From: Phoronis australis
Taxonomy: Eukaryota; Animalia; Phoronida
Length of the DNA stretch: 59,595 nucleotides
NCBI GenBank assembly: GCA_002633005.1
Contig: NMRA01000135.1
Location: 1-59,595, forward strand
Direction of reading: 5' to 3'
Notes under the pieces: generated by a model
The model's input: only the letters and a program-made list of their open reading frames with translations
Database searches by the model: none
Told to the model about the DNA's origin: nothing
Shown: positions 1 through 12,900 of the stretch, one piece after another
Position numbering within the stretch: the stretch's first letter is position 1
Layout of the letters: each line of letters begins with the position of its first letter
Position numbers and translations under genes: made by a program

Positions 1-1794
1 GGGTAGTAGGGGCCATTGCAGCTGTGGTGGCGACAGATTCGGGTTCAATCCAGGGCTTGGGGGTAGGTGCAAATCCAAAGTGAAGAAACTTGCGAGCCAG
101 GTCAGGTCCTTCCCAGAATCCTCTGAAAATAAAACAGAGAATTGGCCAAGGTTTTAAAGTAGCAAAACAAATGGGAGCAACCGTTACAGCTACACACTTT
201 CTTGCAGCTGCTTAGCACTTGGCCTTATCACTGCACTCCAAGTCACTTGTGAGAAAAGCTATTGTGTGCACATCCTTCGCTAGTAATGCATGGTGATATC
301 TCATTAAGCCTTGCGTGATTTGGGCCTGTTTGCAAGTTTCTCGCGTCTACAGAACACAGCTCAGCTAACAGGAAAGATGAGACTCATCAATGTGGTGAAC
401 AATGCAAGCCAACTTACTGGATGCAGAACAAAGAAATAACTCCATTGCAGAATTGAATTTTTGACTTTTCATCTACCTGTCACTTACTGGGTCACATGAC
501 CATGTCTTTTAAGTAAAATAAAACAAGAAAGGTACACTGATGCAAAACTATGGGCTCAACAACATGACTACATTTTATCTAATATAAAATTTTCAAGATG
601 ACATCTCAAAAACACTGTTAGTTTTTTAACTTTTGTTTGAGCAGTTTTTTTTACTTTTTTATGAAAAGTCCCATTTTTCGATCGCCCCTCATACATACGT
701 GGTACATTTTAAAAACAATTCATATTATCTAAAAATTTCATATGAACCCGATCAGCCATTTCTGATACATGATAATCCGAAGTTGGCCAAATTTGGAATT
801 TTAGCAGGGTCCAACACAATTTTACGTCATTCCTCTTTACTGATATCATTTGGTTTGAGTGTTTTCAGGAGCACATAGACAGACTACAGGCACACTTCAG
901 AAGAAGATGGCTAAACCTGTACATTTGAACTCATATAAGAGTATTAACCCTCTGAGGTGGAGACATTTCTGATGACTTGCGGCATCTTAATTTTTTCCAT
1001 AAAAATGATGCTTAGATCCATTACCTCTGTGATAGTGTAGTTTGGATATGTGATGCACACTCCAGAAATACCTGTGCAAAGGAATATGCCTTGTTAATAA
1101 AATGTTTTGGGTCAAGTGAAAAGTACTTCTTTTTCTCCTGCCATGATGCAAACTGCCATCAGAAATCAACTAAAAAAGGCATTCTGACTAAACTTTGGAA
1201 AGAAATTGTGATTTTATAAATCACATTATTATTACTACTATTATTACTATTATTTTTATCATTATCATTACAATTTATGTTCTACATCTATCATTAAATA
1301 GCTGGCAGCGAGCTCCCAGGAAGAACAGTGGTGTAACAGGTTACACTACAAAAGATATTATTTGTAACCAAATAAAACTATCATAAGTTACACATTGTGT
1401 TAAGAATGCTAACATATCCGTGGATGCAATAACTTGTGCATGGTTTCAGTGACGCATTTCAAAGACAAAACTGGAGACAGTGAGCATGCAGTGTGACTCA
1501 AAATTACTACGTAAGACCCAAAATCTGACTATATTCTTGGTAACGAATCCTTTCAAGTCGGGAAATATTAACAGTGAACTTGTCACCAAGACACAGAATG
1601 TGGATTTTATATAATTCTGTGAACATAAGGAAATGAAATCTTGTACCAAATAGTGATAAATTAACAGGACGTATATCAGCTACAAATACAAAGATCAGCA
1701 AATAAACGTTACTTTCTTGATGGTGGTAGTCCGTCAGTGATGACCCAAAAGCCGCTTTTACACGAGTGACAGTTGTCACAGTGTCAGTTGCCAT
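1..1794 (-). CDS. Possible 5' part of an unidentified spliced gene running off the left edge (candidate exons 1794-1713 and 122-1)
   Basis: GCAATGG start (MATDTVTTVTRVKAAFGSSLTDYHHQE) is followed by a GTAACG donor. A GC-richer segment at 122-1 is preceded by a pyrimidine tract and TTTTCAG acceptor and is open in two frames. I do not recognise the product. Confidence 0.35.
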
Positions 1795-2110
1795 TGCGCG
1801 ACTTGCTCCACTTTAGTCGCATTTATACGACATAAGATCGCACACAGGATCAGCATGAGTCACTTATAAAAAGACTGTCATCTAAACAATAGTGAACGTT
1901 CAAACCATGTGGAATGCCAGTGGATCACCCGTACAGTATATACCCTATTGTGCACATGCATTGAAAGATGATCCCTTTCCTCCTTGCCCAGTTGTGTTTA
2001 GACGTGTAGTTGAAACTACAGCATCTGATCGAGTGCAACTTGCTCTATCTCTCAAACCGGTGTCAAAAATAGCCAGCACGGTGTCAACTTGCTCCATGTC
2101 AGTTGTGTTT

Positions 2111-2132
2111 ACACACACACACACACACACAC
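2111..2132. repeat. (AC)n microsatellite
   Basis: Direct reading. Confidence 0.95.
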
Positions 2133-2188
2133 TTGCACTTGATCAGCTGTTCAGTGTTACTTGCTCCGTGACAGCTGTCTCTGCGTAA

Positions 2189-2691
2189 CAGGGCTTGGAA
2201 TGACCAATGACAAAAAACGCGGAAACTTTTACGGCCCAAATCATGCCCCATAACCAGCCTTGAAATAGTCAATGTGAAACCTTTCCCCGACAAAAATCAG
2301 GACTAAAAAAAAAAAAAAGTTACCACCATCAGTAGCATGCGTCCGCGTCCTTTTAGCTCGCCCGTCAACACTCCCAACCCACACATTTTTGGCTGCAGAG
2401 CGGTAGTATTTGTCGCCGCGCTTAACAATAACACGAGACGCCATTGAAAATCCCACCACGCTGTCCCAGATGCCCCGGCAATGTTGACAATTTACGTTCC
2501 TCCGAAACATAAAGAGCAACTTCCGCTTTTCGAGGTGAACGTCGTCTGCAACGCCGCGGTAAGAAAGGAATTTGCCGCGGAAATTTTATATCAAAACCGA
2601 TTTTTTTTAAGCGGAAATATTATAAAAAAAAGCGGAAAGCACATTTGAAAAAAGTGGAAATCCGCGTTTCCGCGGAAAATTCCAAGCCCTG
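2189..2691 (+). mobile_element. Non-autonomous DNA transposon (MITE), TIR CAGGGCTTGGAAT, copy 1
   Basis: Terminal inverted repeats CAGGGCTTGGAAT...ATTCCAAGCCCTG; near-identical copy at 54428-54934; flanks GCGTAA/GTGTAA form an imperfect 6-bp TSD. Confidence 0.9.
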
Positions 2692-4268
2692 GTGTAAATG
2701 CAATTTTGAAAGACCCACGTAGTGAGAACTGTAGATATCTTTCACATCGGTGTGGTGATTGTGATTTGTTTGAATATGCGTGTGCGTAACGGCAAACTTG
2801 AAGAATAATCGCACAAAAGCCTGTGTCCCACGCTAATCACCCATCGTGACTCATCATTCCACGTACTTTGACCTTGAATTACAGGTACTTTGACCTTGAA
2901 TTACAGGTTGCAATTAGTCACAGTGACTGAGAATTTCAAGTCATTTGTCCGATGGTTTTTTGGAGTACATGCAGTTTACACTATGGCATGTCACAAACTG
3001 AAAAAACACAACTATACGTGAAAATGAATGTCACAGATGAAGAAGAGCAAGTTTCACCCTAGTCAGCCTGTTTCGTGTCAACCCACTTCTAATTGAACAT
3101 AAAGAGGTGTTAAGGTAAAAGTGGTCTAATCAGTTGTGTTAGTAGAAACAAGTCATGTCTTTATAGTAACCTTGACCATGCACACTCTGCCCAAACTTAT
3201 CAACAACTTCCGTCTTGTCACTGATGACCCCAAGCACTTGACGCTGTGCCAATCTGCACCAAGCCAAAAACAATACGTACATCTAAATGGGACACAGTGT
3301 ACACAGAAGGCAACGCTCGGCTAAAGAACCATACTTATTTGAATTATTCCTGGCACTTAAACACAACACAGATGCCTACTGACAACAACTGGAGCCGTCT
3401 TCCATGACACGTGAACAAATATCCATCAGAGTGCAAGTGTACCCATTTTCGACGCCTTTTCATGTTGTTTTGTACTTCCATATAAGTTCAGTGGGATTCT
3501 GGAAAAACTTGTTCAGTGTCATAAAACATAATTTTCTTGGGCTTTTGAATGATGTCACCTAGGAGAAAATCGATCAAGAGACTAAAATTTTACAAGCGAT
3601 AGAAGACAACTCAATTGGCTCACGAAAGATGCACCCATGATCGACCCCCACCACAACTCAACGTTTCTGAAAGCAGGTCTCTGCAAGTTGCAGTAATTTC
3701 CTGACAAGTAGTAATTTAATCAAATTATTAAACTGATACATTTTCAGTGCTATTTAACATACATTTCTGCTTCAAATTTATTAAGTTTTCAAAAGGGAAA
3801 CTGAACCCAGTGGGCTGCTTCCTCAGTTACTTAATTTGTCACTACCCGCTTTCAAAAAAGCAAGATTTTGCACACGTAAACAAGATGGCATGCACACAGT
3901 GCATGTTATTTGTGTCCAAGACTTGAACAGAAGTCAAAGTAACAGGTAAGACCACTAAGAACTTGCTTATTCAATGAAAATCATAAGGGTGTTGATCGTA
4001 GGTACACTGTCGATCGTAGGTACACTGATGCTATATACCTCTGCTGTTTGCTGTCTTGGGTTGCCTAGTTACACACAAGCCCCGCTCTCCCCCTCAGCAA
4101 ATTTGGGGGGAAAACCCAAATGCATTAGCTTACGGGGAATATCGGGTCCTTCCCAGTAACCACTGAAACGAAATTGGTGTCACTGTGAGGGCTTGGCAGT
4201 ACTGCACACACTAGCTACAGTTGTACTTTCATAACATCAAAACCTTATGTGTTCTCACATGTAGATGA

Positions 4269-4354
4269 AAAGTGCAGCTTTCAGCAATCACCGTTACTGA
4301 AAGTTAGCGATGAAGTCAACTTTCAGTAACGGTAATTGCTGAAAGCTGCACTTT
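4269..4354. repeat. Near-perfect hairpin (~37-bp arms), probably part of a DNA transposon remnant
   Basis: AAAGTGCAGCTTTCAGCAATCACCGTTACTGAAAGTT...AACTTTCAGTAACGGTAATTGCTGAAAGCTGCACTTT. Confidence 0.85.
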
Positions 4355-5512
4355 ACCCTGATAAGCTGGTCAAAAAATGAAAATCGAATACGGCCTTTTC
4401 CTTTCATAAATTGTTGTTATTATATTCCTTAAAGTGATAAGATTCTATTTCCATATCAAAACCATCAGTGACTCATGAAAATGCTTGCAATTATTATGGT
4501 TGAGCAACCTAAAAAACATCAAAACCATCACCAACTCAAGAAAACAATTCTGAAATCATAGGGGTTGGCCATCCTTAAATGGCGAATTTGAAAATGGCAA
4601 ATGTATGCATTCTCTGTGACTTAAGTTGGTCACCAAAATAAGATCCTATCAAGGTTAGGAATATTATGTGACTGACTTGATAAGAGCAAAAAAGGCCCAA
4701 TTCGATTTTTGTTTTTAGCCAGCTCAGAAAAGGGTGAAATGCAGTATTAACCATAACCAGTCAGAGAGGTTCAGTTGAAATGCCCAGACAAACGGTATGA
4801 CCTCAAATATAAAAGAATCTACTACATTTGTAGATTAAAGTTACACTAGGCTGAGGGCATATCAAGCTTTTTAATTCTAGCATAGCTTTAAATTTGTTAA
4901 TTTCCTGAGATAAATGTTCACAAGCCGACTATGAATATTACCGCCTCCTTGAACTGAGTTGAGTGCGAGAAAGGGAGAAAATGTAACACGAATGTGTTGA
5001 GGGCTCTCATGGAAAGTAGTGATGAGGTGATCGTCATTAAAAAACTGACGTCTCTTTCTCACGACAAAACACTGTAAGTGGCAAACTTAAAATTAGAATA
5101 ACGCATCATGAATGGCCTTAATGACATCATTTTTATCTTTTGTTTACTACCATGCTTTTAACTTAGTCCTTTTATTTTTTGTACAGTAAAATGCCTCCAG
5201 TTTGCTACAGAGAAAAATTAATCAATTTGCTCAAGGTCGAAGCTCGTACCAAATTTTAGGAATGGGCAATATTGGTCGTCCAAAATCAAAAATTTAAAGA
5301 CCGAAAAAATACTCATGCTGCATTTTGTTGAGCCAGTAACTATTTACAATGACTCTACCTCAGACTTTGATGATGCAAAATGCAGTGCCCAATACTTGAG
5401 AAATACGGTGAACACCAAAATCCCCCATGTTGAAATCATCCCAAGCTTTACGTACTTTCCCAAGCTGGAGAATTTTTACTGTAGTTACTCAGCGCTCTGC
5501 CTCAAACATCCT

Positions 5513-5589
5513 TGACAGACCTCTGACATCCCTGACAGACCTCTGACAACCCTGACAGACCTCTGACATCCCTCACACACCTCCGACAG
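5513..5589. repeat. 20-bp minisatellite (TGACAGACCTCTGACATCCC) x ~4
   Basis: Direct repeats visible in the sequence. Confidence 0.9.
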
Positions 5590-6848
5590 GTAAATAATTG
5601 GCCTGCAAGTGGTCAAGCCGGAAACCGCTGTCGTCTACAGTTGACACCTAACGGGAATGAGGTTTTGCCATTGGCGGGTTCGTGGTCCGCAGGAAAGAAT
5701 GTTGCCATGACATTTTGTCATCTCGACTGGTTACCTAAAATGCCGTTATCAACTGACTCATACTCATTCGAATGTTTCATTCAATTTCCTTCTGATGACA
5801 AGGCTACAGTAGCGTGCAACTACTGCGCAGCTGTAATGGCCTCTCTTCGTTTGTTTTTTCTGACATAGCCAGTCAGCTTATCCAAGGCCATTCATCATTT
5901 GAAAAAATTGAAACCATGCTCCGCCTCTTTCTGTGTAATGCCACTGGAGCAATCCTGCGGGGGCTACTGGTTGGAGACTGTAAATTAGTTTTAGACCAGT
6001 CATCTCCTTACTAAAAAAGGTGTTGTGTCGCGTCTTAGTTTGAGGTTATATAGAGAACTGAGTGCAAATATCGTTTTTACCCAGACGAACGCAATTCAAT
6101 TTTACGTTTACACCCTGATTTAAATTTGAGTACGATCCCAGTATTACGTGCGGATCGTGAAAATGCCTCATATAAACGAAACTAACGTCAACCAGTTTTG
6201 CAACGGATAAATATAAAAAAGCTCTAGATTTACAAAATATTCCAAAAAAGTGCTCTATGTTTTTAATAGAATGTCTCACCTGTAGGCTCGTGCACCCCAT
6301 TCTAGTTAAAGACGACGCTTTACTCGTTGGCGTGTCGGTGACGTTTAATGTTTTTATTTCAACTTTTGCTTTGAACACTGCAGCCGCGAATCCTGGATTA
6401 CATCCAAAAGGGGAGTTTCCGACAAGCGACAAACATAAAGGGTGTTTGAGATCCCTCCATAACAGCAATTCAAAATTGCTTGGTGGGGCCTGGACCCCCT
6501 TCTCTGGATCCGCTCCAGCACTTTACACATTGTATTACAACAGAAGTACTTTTAGCCCCAAAAAAAACAAGTTTTTTTCAGTACTTTTCATCACAGTGTT
6601 GACGATTTCATGAATGTTATTTATTAGCAGTGTACTGAGTCCATTAACAGTGCACTGAATTTCTATCACATGTAAAAAACTATCCTTAATGCGCACAGGG
6701 TACAGATTCGTGAGACTAAACACTACCTGTGGCTGTCGCCTTTAACAAACACAAATAAGATACGATTCTCCTTCGTAGAGATAATTTTTCGATCCTTTTG
6801 TAGAGTTCCAAACGAATAAAATAAAACCCTTTCTTGGTTGTAGTTTAA

Positions 6849-7182
6849 TAAAAAGGCACACCTTTCGTTAGTCTTGAGCTGACTATGAAAATCTCACCCA
6901 TCTCAGAGAAACATCCCGTGCCGGCTATTTATGATCATAGTATCCTGCCTGGGTACGCAGGGAGCCTGTGTGAGAGGAGGGCATGAAATTAGTGTCTACC
7001 GAGAAGGATGAAAAAAAAACATTATCAGGATGGCCAGAAGAGATATCTTCCTGATATAAAAAGGCACACTTTTCGTCAGTCTCGAGCTCACCATGAAAAT
7101 CTCACCCATCTCAGAGAAACATCCCGTGCCGGCTATTTACGCTAGTATCTGGAGGATGGCCAGTGGAGATATCTTCCTGATA
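6849..7182. repeat. Local tandem duplication (two related units) upstream of the globin gene
   Basis: TAAAAAGGCACAC...CATCCCGTGCCGGCTATTTA occurs at ~6850 and ~7056; GGATGGCCAG..GAGATATCTTCCTGATAT occurs at ~7028 and ~7154. Confidence 0.85.
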
Positions 7183-8041
7183 TTTGTGGTAGTGGTAATA
7201 TGACAGAGACAGTTGTAGTGTATTTATTATCGTCGTTGTCGCCGTTATTATTACTTTGAATATTATTATTTATATTACAATGTTATCGCATTGCATACAC
7301 GAGGTGAGCACAAAGTTTGACTTTGACTGGGGACCAGCCTCATGCGGGGGGACGCCACTCAACAGTCAACCAGCTGAACGTATTTGTCGCTAATTATTGT
7401 TTGATTAAAATATGTTAAAAGTCGTGAATTGAACAAGACACACATCATGTTTGAACCCACTATAGCTGTAGGTTAGTGTACTATTATTATTGATTTTGCC
7501 CACTGAGTACAATAAAACTATGCGGGATGCAGCTTCGATACATTTCTGTAGTTTGAGAATGCGTACAACAGAAACACGCTCGGCTATAAAAAATATCAGA
7601 GGTAAAAAACAAATCGAGGAATGTCGCTCACTCATTCTCTGCTAGTTTACAAACCCGCGACTGGACTTGCACGGTAATGTTAGAACATTAAACTACGACC
7701 AAAAAAACTCAAATGTTTTCGAGCAATGTACGGTAACCTTCGAAACCGACCTTACTAGTAAACTAACAAGCGGACGGCACGAATTGGTATCCCTGACATG
7801 GAATGCATTTTACCTATTTCATTGCTACAGGTTGATAACTTCAACCACCTAGTAAACGGTTGTTTTGCAAAAGAATTATATCTAAATTTATTCTCCCACC
7901 AGCCATCGAGCCGTGAGGAACCATGGAATGAGGTCTCGAATAATGAACTTTTGTTTCTCTGTTTCAAAAATTGCATAGAGGACTTTGTCTCGTACAGAAA
8001 ACATTAAACAAGTTTCGGAGCATCAAGACCACTTTCGAACC

Positions 8042-9922
8042 ATGGGAACTTGTTGTCAAAAGCAAACTTATTCTGTAGAAAGTTGGTTTGAACCGCAGTT
8101 GTCCGGAACGAGAATAAAAAGGCAAAGTCGGACCAACGATGATTTCATGGAGGGTAGCCAGGTGCGCCTGTCGGCCCAACAATGTGAAATCTTGCGACAA
8201 ACCTGGGCACAGACGCTGTCGACAGTTGACCAGAGAGTTCATATCGGGATCATGATTATCGTCAGGTAACGAACGGCATGTTATCTTTAAGCTTTCGATC
8301 TTATTTGATACTTCCCAATAGCTGCATAAATTGAGAGGCAACAAAAAGGAACCACGTCTTTCTCGGCTTTCAGAAACAAAGAATCATAATAACATCTGAG
8401 TTAGCAAATTTCGCGCAGCGTACCTTCCATCAAGAAGTCAACTTTTGATTTTGTCCATCTACCGTTATAAAATCGACTTCGTTACTCAGATTAGAAATTG
8501 TTTTGGAGTTAGCGTAGAACCGACAGTTCGTTACTGCATCAGACAAGACTAGGGAATTTTGTTTGTCACAACAGTTTAGTTTCTGCCGCCGAAGCAGTAT
8601 GACCGTCACGGTGATTTCAGTCAACAAATTTCAACCCGACTTTGAGTTGCCCATTAACACAGGCTACAAAAAGTAGTTAGAAATTTTGATAAGGAATTCC
8701 TATTCGAAACTTTTATTAATTCTTGCCTAACAAAACAGTCATGAAGCAGGCCTAGAAAATGTTTACGAAATTGAAAAGTGGAGAGAAAAACACAGATTTG
8801 ATAAAAGTGCAATTAACGCAGTTCTACTTATTCCAAATCAATCGTTGACAGGTTTCTCGACAAGTGTCCCCATTTGGCCAGAGACTTTCATAAAAACCAG
8901 GATGGCAAAAAAGGAAGTCGTCGTGAACGCTTTACCTTTGACACGATTCAAAAAGATGGCGTTGCTGTTGCTCTCGCTAATTCCATGGTGACGTTGCTTA
9001 CGAATTCTATCAACGGTTACCCGAACTTAGCAACAATTCGCTTAAATATGAACAGACTGGGCTTCGAGATGGGAAACAGAGGGATGTTCGCTAAAGATGC
9101 ATCAGTAAGTGGAGTTTGGTTACTTACGTCACACACCCAACAACAACAGTCGGGGATCATTACATGGCCGGCGCAGCGGCATCTATGGTGCGCGCTGCCC
9201 ATACATTAGTGCATGTAGTCAGATGCCTGTCCTTTGTATTTACCAGGAAATATAGAATGCGTTTCATCAATCGTAATACGTCACTTGAAATAGGAATTAC
9301 GCGTAATTACAGACCACTGTGTATACCTATTTGCGTTTTTATTGACTTATTTAAGATGATGATCAAGTCAAGCAAGTTTGATATCGTGGGCAGTTTGAAA
9401 GCCATTTTGTTGGTGCACAAGCAAAAATATATTCTATATTAGATCCTGCTTATTTTATAAATACTACCGATGTCATACATAAAAAGCAAACCATTCGTCG
9501 GTCAATAACTTTTGGCTAAATAAGTTCACATACGGAAATTTTCGTAGCCTCAAGTCCATTTGAAGCACCAGGGATATTATGGTAGTTTTCCTTCCGCGGT
9601 GAACGTTTTCTGCGCATGTCTCAAATTATCCTTCGAGTAAATTACTTGACGGCTCCGATCTATTCTAGCACAAGTGTGATAAAAAATAACGTTGAGAAAC
9701 TTAGCAACGAAGGCTGGCACTCCCAACAAGAGTACAGATTGGTCCCCTCCGCATTTTTGCTATTAAGCTCACGTTGTTGTCCACTCTGTAACTGCATTCC
9801 TTTTGAATGCTCCCTCTCTGTGTATAAGACCCTAGTGTTAGTGCCATCGTTATGAATGAGAAGCACTGGTGCAAACCTTATCCGTCGTATTATACTGCTT
9901 ATAGAATACTCTTGTACATAAT

Positions 9923-9966
<44 letters not shown>

Positions 9967-12900
9967 CGACAATAATAATAATAATAATAATAATAATCAC
10001 AATAATAATAACAAATAAACGGTTTATGTATTATCTGGGGCCTTTTTGAAAGTGCACGAAAAGAATCCTACGCTGAGACCCTCACCGGCCCAATTTAGGC
10101 AACTTCGACCCGTTCGCTAACTTTAAAATCCGCCGTTATCTTCCATACAGCTTCAGCTGATGTAATCGTTCCTGGAAATTAACTTGCCTTATCAGGTGCG
10201 AAATTGCCCATCGTAAACATGGCTGTAAGCACAGGGGGCAATATTGGTATTTTTCAAATTTTCATTTTGAAAGTTTTAAAATAGCATTTTTGAATAGCTC
10301 GTTTAAAGTTCACGTTATAATATAGTTAGGTTTTTGAATTAAAATCGGAGAAAACTAGGATTTTTATATCCCAAAACTAGAATTAATCCGCAACCAGTAT
10401 TCTGTTGGCCGCACAACATAATGGGCCAATTATCAAAGGTCATAAACCAGCAGTTGGCAATTAGGAAAACGAAGTGCCGTCGCCCAATTCTGGGCATGGA
10501 AATTAACGACCCTGCTTATCAGGTTAGTAAACTCAAGTGACTTTCCAAACTAGGAATTAATATACCGAGGAACGTGGTTGTGTTTTTGGCTTTCACGAAA
10601 TCGATCGCACGCTGGAGGTCAGTGCCCGGTTGCATGAAACAGTCCCAAATAGGGTCTCAACTACATTCTCTATATCTATTGCGTATTTTTGTGCATGTAA
10701 AAACACTGATTGTCCTTTCTTATGTTGTTTGAGTATCATTACTAAGCAAATTTTTGGCTTTTTGTATTAAAATACAAATTGAGAGTGAACTCTACGTTGA
10801 AATCTCAATGTCATTGGTCATACGACGCCCCTAATTTAAGGACTACGTCTCTAATTATTTTGATTGAATTAAAGGCTCAGTTTTTAATTATATTATAAGA
10901 ACGTGATTAGTCAAAGATGAGCCCATAATATAGATAAAATGATAGAAAAATAATACAGCTGTGAGTAAAGAAAGAACCAAATACACAAAAGATTTAGGGA
11001 ACTTCGTTGAGTTCGTGTCTGGGGCCGTTTTATGCAACCCTGCAGGCCTCAGGAGCCTTACTTTCATGAAAGTGAGTAAGATTTTTAATACAGAAATTCG
11101 GTTTTACTCTCCTACTTCGCAACTGCTGGGAAAATGTTCAGCTAAGTAATTACGAATGGATAACAATCTAGAAATAATGAATAAAAATTATATCATAGGT
11201 TAACTGTTATGTGTATATTCTCACACACTTTGTTCTTAATTTTGCTTAGAGATTTAATTGTTTTTCAGGAATAGTTGTGTGGAGTGTAACACTAAATTGT
11301 AGTCTTGAGTCTTGTGTAATTTTTCGTGATACAAACTCCAGAAAGAGGTCACCTTTGGAGGTGTTTCATACATTACGAAAACCTGCCGTTTTGTTTCAGC
11401 TCCATACGACAACGGTTTCTAAATCGAGTCTAAATCCAGATATCAGTCTAGTCCATTGTAAAGCGTTCTCGCGATCCGTTGCCTATAAGCACTACTCACG
11501 GTTCAAAGAGTTACTAAAGCATTCATCAGTGCACCTAACGTATTAATGGCTAATTTTTATCGTACTTCTTCGGGTAAAAGTGCTCTTAACTTAAATTTTA
11601 CTTAGAGTTCAATTTCAGAAGCTAAACAGTTCGAAAAATCACCATTTTTTAGTTCACGATACATCAATTTACTTTACCCAGTGTTTTATTGTCGTGAGGC
11701 CATCGCTAATGTGGTAATTCGTCAATTCCACAAAATAAGACCTTAGAGTCGGATATCCTGATTAAAAATAAGCCTCTTGACATCGGGACTTGTACAAATC
11801 TATTGACGATAGTGCAAGATGTCGTGAAACGGGCCTAGTTTCTAAGTGTCTGCGCGTGTTCAAGCTTCGATCACTAGCAAGTCATGAGACTCTCAAAATG
11901 GAGTGCTTTCGAATGTGCCAGGATAACCGTGTGATAACAGAATTTGGAACATCTCGGGTGTGTTCGTAGCCTCAAATTTCCCCTCGGAGATGAATGTTGT
12001 CACACATGTGGGAACTTAATTCACACGAAAATTTATGTGACTTTCAAACTGGAGAAATTGCTACCGGCTTATTACACATGGTACGTAGTTACTTCAGGAT
12101 TTCCGAGAGTTCAAATGAAAAATTGGTTTCTGTGAATCAAGCGTCACAGGAGGTTCAGGGAGACACAGTTCTCTCCGTGACTGGACTCCTTAACCAGCGG
12201 CCATGAATGACGTCACAGGCAGAATAATATTTGAGTACCCCTTTTGTAAACATGAATCCGCCACCTTTACACGATTTTTATTTGGTCTCATGAATTGTAT
12301 AAAGTAAAATGTAACTATTCATTCTTTCATCAAAAGGCGCTCGTTAATTCGTTGCTACAAGTGATTTCTGCTCAACTCGGCCAACAACAAGAATTTTCTG
12401 CCAATTCAATGGGAGCCTGGCAAGCGGCTGTCATGGTGATGATTCCGTTGATTCAGGAAGGAGTGAAGAGGGGCATCATATCTCAGAATGAACGTGCCGT
12501 GGACGTGCCAGGAATCGTGATAACGGATTCAGGTAAATCGTTTTTAAAACCTTAAAAGGGTATTTTATTCCTTGGTTACATATATGCCACATCCCTAGCA
12601 AGCAAAGCAGCGTTTCATGGGTCATTTTGGAACTTACGTCATCACAAAATATTACAGTTACTCTTGTTTCCCACCGCAGGACTCAGGTGGTTTTACAAAA
12701 AGCTTTCTTCGGTCATGTTAGCTACTAACCAGACAAGTCGATAGAACAAATTTTGCAAACTATATCGTATCATGCTACAATTCAGTGTAGAAATATCTAA
12801 GACATCGGCGTGATTATGCCCGTGCACCGACTATTTGTCAATTCTTATTACGATTCAATTAATTTGATCAAAAACCGGACGATCGCCGCACAAATAAAAA

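Noticed and set aside
2241-2519. Duplicated small ORFs (MLFMFRRNVNCQHCRG..., also at 54551; MSKGFGDRAADAG... at 24678/47703) as a gene family
   Set aside because: They are chance ORFs inside repeated non-autonomous transposons.
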